Below the pieces are notes generated by a model, which saw nothing but the letters and a program-made list of their open reading frames with translations, searched no databases and was not told the DNA's origin. 64,000 bases of DNA. It comes from Paraspadella gotoi. Lineage: Eukaryota > Animalia > Chaetognatha. A program made the position numbers and the translations under genes. This document shows positions 26,866 through 39,255 of the stretch, piece after piece; the first letter of the stretch is position 1, and each line of letters begins with the position of its first letter. Location of the stretch: contig CM119263.1 of assembly GCA_051294375.1 (NCBI GenBank), positions 392,019 through 456,018 on the forward strand, read 5' to 3'.

Positions 26866-28054
26866 TCAAGCGGCCAGGATGTTGTGACTTCCCTTCTCGA
26901 TCCCCGTCAGGGTGAGGTTCCGCCCCGTCGTCGACCAAGGCTGCGCCTCCAACTTCTTCCTTGCGTCCAGACTCATGTTGTCGAGCTGAAGGGAGTTGGT
27001 CTTCACCGCCAAGTCAGAGTTGATCGTCGAGAGTTCCCCCTGGAGGAAAGGAAAGGATCACTGTGCTGTTGAGAGAAAGGATCACTGTGAACTGGGTAGT
27101 GTGGCAAAGGATCATTGTGCAGTGGATTAGTGAAAACATCACGGTCCAGCGGGAGAGGAAAATGACTCCTGTGCAGTAAGTGAGCGCCAGTTAAAAGCTG
27201 ATTTACCTGAAGACAGTTTAGACTGTGCTTGGAGGCGTCCAGTTTCTGCTGCAACGCCAGAATCGTTGCTTCCAACTGCTTCACTTCGTCAGTCAATCCG
27301 TATTGGACCTAGAATTGTCGTCAAGGCACAACAGATAATTGCATTTTAAAATTGAAATTGAACTATTCCAAATGACTAATGTTTGGTTTATTTTGCCTCA
27401 CGCTGTATATTTTCAGCTATTTTGTACACCTTGTCTCGACAGAGTTCGACGTTAGGTCTGGCCGTTCTATTCTCGAGTCGCGAGTGGGCGAGTTTCATTG
27501 GATTCCGTTTGTCTCTAATCGCAGTCTCGAGGGAGCGAATGTCAGTCTCCATTGCCTATAAACAAGCGATTTCATTAATATTGTTATTTTTAAACAATTT
27601 AAATTAACAACTAACCTTAATTTCATCGACAGTTTGCTGTTGTTGCCATTCCAACTCGTTTTTGGCCTGAGACATTTCGTGGATTCGTCGACGGAAGGCA
27701 TATTCGGTGCTTGTCTTTTGAGCCTCGAGATCGTTGTCCGACTGCATCAGAGTCGCCTGAGGAAATATTATAAATAATAAATAAATAAATAATAATAAAT
27801 AAAAATAAAAAGTTTAATTTAAATCAATGTACGGTACCAATTTACGTCTTGGCGCTACAGACCGGACCATCATTTTTAAAGACCATCTGGCCATGTAACT
27901 ATTCAATCTCGCTTGGCTGCTTGGCTGCAGTATTCTTCAGACTCGCTTGGCCCCTTCACCATTTAATGGCCTTCTCACAGTACAGACCTGCATGGCCTTT
28001 TCACTCTTCAGACTCGCTTGGCCCCNNNNNNNNNNNNNNNNNNNNNNNNNAGAG

Positions 28055-28085
<31 letters not shown>

Positions 28086-30995
28086 GACATAGTGGGGTGG
28101 AGAAGGCCGTAGTGCAAGGGTCGGTGAGACTACAGGATGAGGTGAGAAAGGCCATGCAGGTCGGTACTTGAGAGTGAGAAGAAGGGGCTCATCGTCGTAG
28201 GTCGAGATTACACTATTATGGCCGGTAGAAGCCAAATTGCATAGGTCAGGTAAGCTTTTAGTGTGAGTAGCGAGTACATGGCAGGTCCGGTATCATACCG
28301 ATGGTGATTCAGTACATATCATGAAATGATGAGAAGACCACATAGCAGAGTCGGTAAGCTACCAAACCAAAGATGCAGAAGGCCAAACCTTGCAGGGTCA
28401 GGTCTACTTAGTAAGAAGAGGATACGAGGTATTGAGTACTTAGAGCCGAAAAAAACAGTTAATTAAATAAAATTGATTAGATGATAGAGCCATTTGCCAT
28501 AGATACAGTGTATCTTAGTCGCAGTATAAAAGACATTCATATTGTAGCTTGTATAATATTGTTGTAAATGGTTGGAGCCATGCACAGGTCTGGTCTGTGG
28601 AGGTTCCATGCAGAAGTCGTGAAAACTCGTATTCATTGTATATATCTTTGAGAATTAAAGGGGGTTTCGTGAGAGGCCATTCTCAGGTCGGGATACTACC
28701 TGAATTATTAAAGAATTGTATGAAGGCCGGTAGAATTGGGCAGGGTCGGTACTGTGAGAAGGCCCATGCCAGGTCGTACTGGTGAGATACGGGCCGATGC
28801 ATAGGTCGGGTACTGTGAGAAGGCCATGCAGGGTCTGTATCTTCCTGTGAGACACTAGGCCATCGCAATGAGGTGCGCTTACTTCCGTGAGAAGGCCAAT
28901 GCAAAGGTCGGTACTTTTCTCGTGAGAAGGCCATGCAGGTGCGGTACTGTGAGAAGGCACAATGCAGGTGCTGTACTGTGAGAAGGCACATGCAGGTGCG
29001 GATAAGCTGGTGAGAAGGCCATACGGTCGGTACTAGTGAGAAGGCCATGCAGGTAGGTACTGTGAGAAAGGCCATGCAGGTCGGTAATGTGAGAAAAGGC
29101 CATGCAGGTCGGTACTGTGAGAAGGGCCATGGCAGTAGGTACTGTTGTGAGAAGGCCCATGCAGGTCCGGTACTTGTGATAAGGCCAATGCAGGTCGGTA
29201 GCTGGTAAGAAGGCCAATGCAGGTCGGTACTGTAGAGAAAGGCCATGCAGGTCTTGTACTGTGAGAAGGCCAATGCAAGGTTTCGGTAAACTGTGAGAAG
29301 GCCATGGCAGGTCGGTAATGTGAGAAGGCCATGCCAGGTCTGGTACGTGTGAGAAGGCGCATGCAAGGGTCGGTACTGGTGAGAAGGCCCTGCAGGTCGG
29401 TACTGTAAGAAGGCCAATGCACGGTCGGTACTCGTGAGAAGGCCAATGCAGGTTCTGTACTGTGAGAAGGCCATGGCAGGTCGGTGTAACGTGCATGAAG
29501 GGCAATGCAGCGTATGGCAGCCTGCGTCTACTGTGAGAAGTTGCATCTTTCCCTGACTGTTGTACATGCGTGTTCGGTAACTGTGAGAAGGCCAGTGCAG
29601 GTCCTGCAGTAACCTGGCTGGATGTGAAAGGCCCATGCAAGTCGTGTACTGTGATAAGCCATGCAGGTCTAGTACTGTGATAAGGCCATGCCAGGTCTGG
29701 TCATCTAGTGAGAAGGCATGCAGGTCAAGTACTGTCGGAGAAGGCCATGCAGGTCTTGATACTGTGAGAAGGCCATGGCAGGTTCGGTACTGTGAGAAGG
29801 CCCATGCAGAGTCTGGTACTGTGAGAAGGCCATCAGTTCGGTACTTGATAAGCCATGCAGGTCCTGTACTGTTGAGAAGGCCTGCAGCATGGTAATGTGA
29901 GAGCTTCGTCGGACTGAGAGGCATGCAGGTCAGTACTGTGAGAAAGGCCATGCAGGTCGGTACTGTGAGAAGCCATGCAGGTCTGTCACTGTGATTGAAG
30001 GGCCATGCATGGTCGGTACTGTGAGAAGGCCATGCAGGTCTGTACTGTGAGAAGGCCATGCGCGGTATGAGACCATGCCAGGTCGTACTGTGAAGAAGGC
30101 CATGCAGGCTAAGGGACATGTCGACTGCTAGATGAAGGCCATGGCAGTTCGTACTGTGGAGAAGGCCATGCAGTCTGCGTACTTTGAGAAGGCCATGCAG
30201 TCTGTACTGTGATAGAAGGCCATTGCAGGTCGGTACATTGTGAGAACATGCGGCCGTATGCGAGAAGCGGATCACGTCGTTACTATGAGAAAGGCCATTA
30301 AATGGTGAAAGACCTGCATGGCCTTATCACAGTACAGACCTGCATGGCCTCTCTGAGTTTGATCGAGGCTTCCATTTCGGCGTCCGCTCTATTCTTGTTG
30401 TAGGCGGAGAAGTCATTCCACTCAAGAGGATTCGTTGAACCTTTACGGGGAAATGAAGAATAAATATTGCATGAAGTGATAAAAGTCGGACGGAGATTTA
30501 CGATTTATATTAACATTTATAAAAAAATTAATTTAAAAAAAATTTAAAGATTGAAATCCATCATCATCATCATCATCATCATCGCCGTGCATCGATTTTA
30601 TCAATCATTCATCCAGCGTCATCATGCATCAATCTATACAGTCAATCATCAATCCGTCTCATCAGTCATCATCATCATCAATCATCATCGATCAGAAGGC
30701 GTCGTCATCAATCATACAATCATCATCACATCAATCAGTCATCATCATCATCATCTAGCGTCATCATCATCATCATCAGAAGCGTCGTCATCATCATCAT
30801 CATCATCATTATCATCATCATCATTCTCATCCTCCACCCGCCTTTCGGAACTCTCAAGGGATCCGGCTTGAAGGAAATTCCTTCCGAAAACTGCGTCAAG
30901 TTTCTCTGAGTGACGTCGACGCTCAATGCTTCGATTTTGTCCTGGAGATCTTTTCGAATTTGTTGTCGCGCCTCCTGCATCGGGATATAAGAGAA

Positions 30996-31048
<53 letters not shown>

Positions 31049-32265
31049 TTAAAGTCTTTATTAGCTCTTGTTTGAATGCCTCCGTGCGCATTCCTTAGCA
31101 CGAACCTGTAGCAAACAAAGCTGCTCAAAGGCCTGAGCGCATTTTTGCTGCAAATTCCTTTTAATTCCTTCGATGACGTCGACTTCTCTCTTTAATTCGT
31201 CTTCGACTTCATCCCTAATTTAAATGGCCATTGAAATTATTAGTCCGGGAACGGATTTGGCGGGAAAAAGCGAAAAATACCTGACGTTGTCGATCTTCGC
31301 TCGACCATCTCGCAAGGTGAGGTTCTCAATAGCGACGTTCAGGTTGACGGCTTTTGCTGCTAAGGATGATTCTGTTACCTAAAGAAAAAGTAATTACATT
31401 ACTAATGATTAACGCAAAGATGTTGTATAGTTTAAAAACTATAAATATATATATTATGATATAAGTAAATGATAAAATGAAAAAAACAAATGAAAAGTAA
31501 TGCAAAACGATTCTCTATTTTTTAATAAGTTTCGAAAAAAAAACAAAAACCAAAAGAGCAAGAGATAAATAGATAAATAGATGAATTGATTGCTTACCCT
31601 CTTGACCATGGTCAAGGCCTCTATCTCCAAATTGATTGCTTGATTGCTTACCCTCTTGGCCATGGTCAAGGCCTCTATCTCCAAATTGATTGCTTGATTG
31701 CTTACCCTCTTGGCCATGGTCAAGGCCTCTATCTCCAAATTGATTGCTTGATTGCTTACCCTCTTGGCCATGGTCAAGGCCTCTATCTCCAAATTGATTG
31801 CTTGATAGCTTACCCTCTTGGCCATAGTCAAGGCCTCTATCTCCAAATTGATTGCTTGATAGCTTACCCTCTTGGCCATGGTCAAGGCCTCAATCTCCAA
31901 ATCGAGATGGTGCAAGGTCTGTTCCAAGGTGGCCCTCCAATCTTCGATGGCGATGACTCGATCGTCGAGTCTCGTATTGTTGTTCGTCGTGTCCCAATGA
32001 GTTCGATTGTCCGTCTCATTGCGAAGGAAACGTCCTGAGGAGAATGAGAAGTTTCGGCTTTTGTGTTTCGATAGCTATCCCTCAATTTCCCATGAGCTCA
32101 ATTAGCTGTTATTTTTGACGACTCACCCTGTTGTCTCAGTTTTTCGGAAACGTCTCGCTGATTCGAGGCGTTGGTGGAGATTGTCACGTTAGAAGTGAAC
32201 CAATCGCCGACGGCAAATTTATTAGCCGGCTTCGAGAGCGTTTTAACTGCCGTTTCGGCGGACAT
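26866..32265 (-). CDS. TEKT2: Tektin-2 (tektin B-type axonemal filament protein), 10 exons, ~429 aa
   Basis: Exons 32265-32127, 32034-31868, 31378-31281, 31214-31106, 30974-30842, 30440-30340, 27756-27616, 27555-27430, 27308-27207, 27039-26866, all phase-consistent. Contains the tektin nonapeptide RPNVELCRD and TEKT2-like segments (QAFEQLCLLQE, QYGLTDEVKQLEATI). Intron 5 is GC-AG. Confidence 0.93.
27967..30350. repeat. 26-bp satellite (GAAGGCCATGCAGGTCGGTACTGTGA)n in TEKT2 intron 6
   Basis: Many tens of noisy copies. The unit equals the exon-6 end GAGGCCATGCAG plus donor GTCTGTACTGTGA. The main block appears inverted relative to the junction copies. Confidence 0.9.
31585..31901 (-). repeat. 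54-bp tandem array reiterating the TEKT2 exon-2 end and splice donor (6 donors)
   Basis: AAGAGG|GTAAGC recurs every 54 nt (donors at 31867, 31813, 31759, 31705, 31651, 31597). Confidence 0.95.
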
Positions 32266-32991
32266 GACTGCGGCTTCAAATTTTAAAGATGATTCTTAAT
32301 TGACAAGACTGTCAGTGTTTGAATGGGGACGCATTTAATATTCGATTTGTTTGACTTTCTTAGTTTTCTCTCAATTAGAAATAAGAAATCTTCTGGTTTC
32401 CTTATCGATTAGATGAAATCACCTTGACGACGGTCTCCGCGATGTCATTTGTTTTTTAAGTCAATCGTTGATTTTGTTTAGATTCGCCAGATGACGCGCT
32501 CCGCGAAAAATCATTTTCGAACAAGAAAACAATTGGATGCTGACGCTTGTCTCCGGTAAGCTGAGGTGAACTCACCTTGATAACCTCCTTTATGAGCTTC
32601 GTTCATAACTCATGTCTGTACTTTTAATTGTTAAGTTCGTAATAATTAAAAACAGTAATTTTCTCTTTATAAATATATGTAAACTACGATAGAAGAACTA
32701 CGACGAGTGAGCAAAATTATTTTTCTGACGCAAATCTGTTCACTTTCTTCGTTTTGTCCTTATCGAATCCCATAGTCGTTATTAACCTTGTGCGTCACTA
32801 AATAACATAAAATTTCACTTTCTTACATAGATACAAAATTGTCTTGTATATTGAAGTATATAAAGTATAGTACATAAATTTTATTTTTTTTTTGAAGAAG
32901 ACACAATTTGAGAACAATTTGACTCAGTGTGAACAAATAGTAGTGAACTCATCTCCCGGGCGTTCGATGGCTATTTCTGGGGTGACCTATT

Positions 32992-35839
32992 ATGGCCGAG
33001 AAGTTGTTGGCGGCCTTAAATAAATTTAAACTCAGTGACGACGCCGACGCCGACGCCAGGCCGTCCGCAGGTGCCGCGGAAGGTCACGTCGACGCAAGAA
33101 AAGACCGTCGCTCTTATTCCTCTTCCTGCGAAACGTGCCAACTCAAGTTCAATTCTGAGGAGCAGCTGGAGCAACATCTGAAGGGGAAGCGGCACTCCCG
33201 ATCCGCTCATCGAGTGAAGCAGGAAGGTGAGTGAAACTTATTCCTAACTTTTTGAAATAAGTCTTGCATCGTAAGGATCACCTCGTTTCTACAGTCGAGA
33301 TGTCGGAAAAGGTAATCATTGGAGGTGTTCCGCAAACGGCCCTCGAAGCCTTGGGCGAAACTTCAGACCCTGTCACGAAAGCTCTCATAGGAAACATCAC
33401 CGGGACTTTGCCAAGAAAGAGAGTCTTGGAGGTAAAATGTGGATTTTGTGAAAGGCTTTGACAATGTAATTAGGATTTATCTACCCTTGGAATTTCGCTT
33501 CACGACTTCAGACAATCCGGTGTTCCATCTGCTGCTTGGACTTCAACGACCGGGGCCAGTATCAGATGCACCTCGACGGAAAGAAGCACGCCAAGAAGCA
33601 GAAGTTGGTCGATCATATCATGAGTCCTCCCGCGGCCTTGCAAGTAAGTCCCGACAGGAGCCATTGACATACGTATTAAAAGAGGGAAGATTGACCCCTA
33701 AAAGGCCTTGCAAGTAAGTCCCGATAGGAGCCATTGACATGCGTATTAAAAGAGGGAAGATTGATCCCTAAAAGGCCTTGCAAGTAAGTCCCGACAGGAG
33801 CCATTGACATACGTATTAAAAGAGGAAGATTGACCCTAAAAGCCTTGCAAGTAAGTCCGATAGAGCCATTGACATGTGTATTAAAAGAGGAAGATTGATC
33901 CCTAAAAGGCCTTGCAAGTAAGTCCGACAGGAGCATTATATACGTATTAAAAGAGGGAAGATTGACCCCTAAAAAGGCCTTGCAAGTAAGTCCCGATAGA
34001 GCCATTGACATGCTATTAAAAGAGGAGATTGATCCCTAAAAGGCCTTGCAAGTAAGTCCGACAGAGCCATTGACATACGTATTAAAAGAGGGGAAGATGA
34101 CCCCTAAAAGGCCTTGCAAGTAAGTCCGATAGGAGCCATGACATGCATATTAAAAGAGGAAATTGACCCCTAAAAGCCTTGCAAGTAAGTCCGACAGAGC
34201 CATTGACATGCATATTAAAAGAGGGAAGATTGACCCCTAAAAGGCCTTGCAAGTAAGTCCCCGACAGGAGCCATTGACATGCGTATTAAAAGAGGAAGAT
34301 GACCCCTAAAAGGCCTTGCAAGTAAGTCCCGATAGGAGCTATTGACATGCGTATTAAAAGAGGGAAGATTGACCCCTAAAAACGAACGGACAAGTTAGCA
34401 ATAAAACAAAAAATGTCAGAACATAAGTGACCCGTACAAATTAGTATTCCATATTTAAATGAACCGACGAATGATCCCTCCATACAAACTAATGAGCAAA
34501 CCATAACAAACAAATTGACTAGCGAGTAGTGATCCGTACAAACGAATTATTATGCACCCATTCAAACTCATACAAACAAGTGGCCCTTACAAACAATTTA
34601 TACGACACAATCGAGCTCGATCCTGTCTTCATCAGGCTGCGATGGCGTCGCCGATTCCTACGGCGGACGGCGACGGTGGCGACGCCGAAGTGAAAGACGC
34701 CGAAGATCGAGTCGTCTCCGCCGATGGACTTAAATGCCTCGTCTGTTCGATCTCCGTCAATTCGAGGCAGATGATGAACGTGCATCTTCTCGGTAGGGGG
34801 GGGGACACTCTCGTAGTTAATGGCGGGGGAGAAGTGAATCTTTATTATCCCTGTTAGAACCCATGTCATGAAAACCCTTTTCGATTTTCGGAGGTGACCC
34901 GAATTTTAACTTCAATAAATTTTATAGGAGTTAGCAAAACCTCTTTTTCGGTTATATTTTGATCACCTGCGTCATTTGTCCGTCATTACCTCTTTCCTTA
35001 CGTCTCCTCAAAAATTCCGTCGCCAGGTAACAAACACAAAATGAAATTACGGAAAATGGATAAGTCTCTCCCGGCAACGACCGTCCCCACCGACGCCGGC
35101 GACCCCGCTGCCGACAACACCTTGGAAGTCAAATCCGAAGGTCCGGCCGAACTGCATTGTAAAGTCTGCAACGTCTACACCAACTCTTCGCAACAATGGC
35201 TCCAGGTACGTAGTAGTTGCGGAAATGAAAAATGTGAGACTCGGTAAAAAAAAATGATGCTGTCTTCTTGTCCAATGTCCAATTTCTTGTCCAATGTCCA
35301 GCACGTTCAGAGCAAAAAACACAAAGACAAATCGAATCCAAAACCTAATCCGCCTCCGAGCGGACGAGGCGCTGCCAAATCGGGAATGAGCTGGAGAGGT
35401 ACGGGGAAAGGAAGAGGAAGAGGAAAAATCAATTTCGTGCGAGCTTCCGACGAATCCGGGTGAGTTAATTCTCTTTTGTCTCTTGTTAATAGTAAAACTA
35501 AGCCGCTGCAACCTTGTTCCCACCCACGACATCAACTCGTTTTGTGCTCACAGATATGGTTGGCTCGGAGGGAGAGGCGCCGGCGGAAGCTTCGACTCTT
35601 ACAACTACGACTCTCACTATTCTCCTTATGATAAGACTTATCACCAACACTCTCAAACCAACATCCATCCCCAAACCTCCAAAACTAAAGATGATAGCAA
35701 TGCCACTCCCGGTGCCACTCACCACGCCACCCCCGCCTTTGCCTCGCAATATCAGCCTCCCTCTATGTACAGAGTCACGCCGCCCATCAACTCAACATTC
35801 GTGAAAGGCTCTACTCTTCGTAGTAATACTTATTATTAA
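32992..35839 (+). CDS. Matrin/U1-type C2H2 zinc-finger RNA-binding protein (ZNF385/ZNF346-JAZ-like), 7 exons, ~427 aa
   Basis: Exons 32992-33226, 33295-33431, 33512-33643, 34636-34792, 35027-35205, 35302-35459, 35554-35839. Four widely spaced C-x2-C-x12-H-x5-H fingers (CETC..HLKGKRH, CSIC..HLDGKKH, CLVC..HLLGNKH, CKVC..HVQSKKH) plus an RG-rich segment. Confidence 0.85.
33634..34382 (+). repeat. ~70-bp tandem array reiterating the zinc-finger exon-3 end and donor (11 copies)
   Basis: GGCCTTGCAA|GTAAGT recurs about every 67-70 nt from the true donor at 33644 to ~34322. Confidence 0.95.
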
Positions 35840-36966
35840 TGTCAAGAAAACACACCGGCCTGTCATTTTGTGTTTTCGCTTAATGAAGAAATAAGTCTAC
35901 TATTTGCTAGTTTATCCGTGATTATCTGATGTTACCATTATTCCGTTCAAAAACGTTAATGTTTCGTGACTTTACGCTTGATAATTGATTACGTTAGATT
36001 TACTTTAGATCTGAGGTGAGGTAGAACGTTATCGCATATTCAAATTTTTTTTTTTATTATTTAATTATATTTATTTTTTTTGTAAAGTATTTTACTTTAG
36101 AAATGCATTGAAAGATTTTTAAAATTTTTTAATACACGTTATTGACTTTTTAAGGTTAGAAATTTATTCGAAATTGTTTTGATTTAAAACGAGAATGATT
36201 TTCGCGTCCTCATTAACCTTAACAATAAATCATTTCAGATTATCTTTTTTTGCCTTTTTGTAATCTTTATTTCGCTCTATTCAAAATTAAATAACTTGCA
36301 TTGTTTGTTCGCCGAAACCCTATGACTTGTTTATTTAATTAAAGTGCCAAGTGGAGATTAGTCAGGAAAGATTAATAAATTCAAAGAAACCGGCATTTCT
36401 GGTCGCGTGCGACGAAATTTCTCTATCAAACCCGTAGTCTCGAGTCTTGACCTTATTTTTTCATTACCCCTTTCCCCTTTCGCCAAGAAAAGCTAGAACG
36501 GCAATCTCAGTCATCTGGAATTGCCTTTAGCGTTCTCTCGCAAGTGAGCACGCAACGTTGCAGCCGCCGTCGCCTCCGTCAACCTCGTGCCATTCAAGTC
36601 CGATTCCATCGTGTTCACTCCCTCCCTCGCTCCTTTTATCCAGAGTCGCCCACCAATCTTGTTGGATTTTTGTCTTGTTCGTCCAATGAGAAGGCTCCGT
36701 TCATTTTCGGAGTTAACTATAAATTCTTATTCAACGAATTCAACCAATCGCAAAGCTTTTGAGAGGACCTGAAGTAGTCTTCTTTTAAGGTTATCGATAT
36801 GTGACTTCGTCCATCTCTGGAACCGCAGCCAATCAGTTTTCTTTGATAGCGCTCCCTCAACCAATATCCTTAAACCTCATGGGTTGGTGGATGGAATTCG
36901 CGTAACGCGTGTCTCAGCCCGTATTTTTTTTTGTGAATCCATCGTAATTTAGTTTTACTTATTAGT

Positions 36967-37041
<75 letters not shown>

Positions 37042-37535
37042 GCACTCAATGACCCAGCGTCAATGCGTACATTTTTATCCTCAAAACAAAGGATTATTAT
37101 TTCAGCACAAGTCTGAATTTCTCAGTCCGGTTTTTTCCTATTTTTTCCTTTCTCCTTTCTCCCTTCGAACCCACCCCCCCTGTGCTTCGACCATATTGCC
37201 TATTCGCACGCCCTTACTAAAATCGATTTTTGAAAACTGAAACCTCGAAAAACAGAAACGAATTATAAAGTATTTTTATATCCTATATCCAGAACTTGCT
37301 TCATTGAAATTTTCTTTTCAATTACTTAATCTAAGTTCTTTAAAAATAATTCTTGTTCCTTTGTAAAAAAAATATTTAACCCTAAATTTGTAAGTAATAA
37401 CCTAATTTGGATTTTAGTTGACCCTAGCGCAAAACCTAAAGTAAAATACTAGATATTATTTTTACTTTATTGTACGTAAAACCGTTGTATTTTTATTAAA
37501 GATGCGTCGAAGAAAGGATCGAACTTTCCTTCCTC

Positions 37536-37549
37536 GTTGCCATGGTGAC
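37536..37549. promoter_or_regulatory. RFX X-box-like motif GTTGCCATGGTGAC
   Basis: Close match to the X-box palindrome GTTGCCATGGCAAC, ~110 nt upstream of the predicted SLC16 ATG. Confidence 0.35.
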
Positions 37550-37657
37550 CGCCCTTCGCCACGGTACTGACCTCGCTAGTCGCGCCCTCGCCGCCACGTC
37601 CGCCGCTCACTGTCGTCGCTTTGTCCCAGCGCCCGCGACGTGAACGGCGCCGCGGAT

Positions 37658-39210
37658 ATGAGCATCGAATTACGCCAAATCGGCGTTGCCGACACGTCAA
37701 CGACAAATCGCGGCGCCAACGACGACGAAAACTCGGCCGCCAACGAAGAGCGCCGCTCCGTCCTCCAAAACCGCGCCGCTTCCACGGACAGAGACGATTT
37801 CACCGTCGGCGGCTTCGGAATTTCCGGTTGTTCGACGCCGTTCGTTGGTTCTATCTCTAAATCCGGCGTCGGGGAAGTTCCCTTATCGGCCGGACCCCAG
37901 GTTTCCAACAGGTACGACGACGAGCGAACATTTTTTTAAAAATAATTTTCGTATCTAAATTATGATTGCTACGTACTGAAGCGACAGTAATAATCGTTAT
38001 GAGTTAGTGACAACCATTGAATATAAGCAGTCCCTGAACTTCGGATTAGACTGTATAACAGGAGGGTTAAGCGTCCCGTCCCTCTTAACTGCTTGAAGGC
38101 TTGGTGGATTTTAGTCCATAGACTTTTTTTCTCTTTTTTGATATTGCCTCATTTTGTTTGTTTCTGTCTTGTTCCGTAATGTCCTGTTTGTTCCGTAATG
38201 TCCTGTTTGTTCCGTAATGTCCTGTCTATTCACTTTTGACTTAAAATGTGAATCCTTTTTCAAATCTAGGTCAAACGCTGCGCGGTTCAGCGTCGGCGCC
38301 AACGTCAACGTGGAATTTCTTTTTGACGTCACCACCGCCTCCTCTACGTCGGCGATCGTTGCCCCTGCGTCGGTCGCCGGTGCACTTGGTTCGACTGTCT
38401 GCATTCCTTCTCCGGCGATCGGTCAAACGGCTTCATCGTCGGCTCTCGCATTTGGATGGTGAGCTCTTTCCCAATTAGGGTTTGTTTTTGTTTTATTATT
38501 TACTTTTAATACATACAAGAATCTGAGTTTCTTTGTTTTTTCTTCTGCTCTACCAATATTACCGATAACAAAAAAGATCTTGTAATGTCAAGTGCACTAT
38601 TTGTACAATATGTACTCTTTCAACTACTAAATGTAGTAATATAGTACTATTATAAAGAAAATAATAAAGAATAAAGAAGCCAAAATTATTTCTGCCTCAG
38701 GTCGGCGGCCTCTGCTTCGGCGGTTAATCCCCCTTCTTCTGGAAGCGGAGAGTTATCGTCGACAGGAGGTGCCTTTACGTCGGCTGGCGGCGCCCCTGTG
38801 TCGGCGTCGGTGGCTACACCAAGGCCCCCGCTCGCTGTGAACGCCTTGGAGAAATCACAGAGAAGATTTAGGTGAAAGGTCTTGTGAAATGTGTTTATTT
38901 ATGTGTATATTTATTGAGTTTCACAAATGGTCACTTGCTCATTTTTAATTTAATTAAAATTATTGGACTAAAAAATTTCTAAATATTACCATTCAATTTG
39001 GCCTTTTTTTTCTCGCTTCAAAATTTATTTGTCCGTTTCCTTCTGATGCTCTTCGTATTTTTTTAAAAAAACTTTTTTTTCTTTTTTACTTTTTCTCTTT
39101 TTTTTCCCTTATGGTTACTCTCTCTCTTCCATGTGAAAACTGCCTTCTCAGCAAAACACACAAACTCTCTCTCTCTCTCTCTCCTCTCTCTCTTTCTCTC
39201 TCTCTCTCTC

Positions 39211-39255
<45 letters not shown>

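Noticed and set aside
28683-30275. 530-aa minus-strand ORF and overlapping ORFs
   Set aside because: Translation of the 26-bp satellite inside a TEKT2 intron; no domain content.
33634-34382. CRISPR-like appearance of the regular arrays (also 31585-31901, 49259-49570, 5391-5640)
   Set aside because: Units are head-to-tail with no unique spacers, there are no cas genes, and the context is eukaryotic.
37502-37657. Stop-codon readthrough extending the SLC16 N-terminus from ATG 37502
   Set aside because: Two in-frame stops (TGA 37568, TAG 37577).
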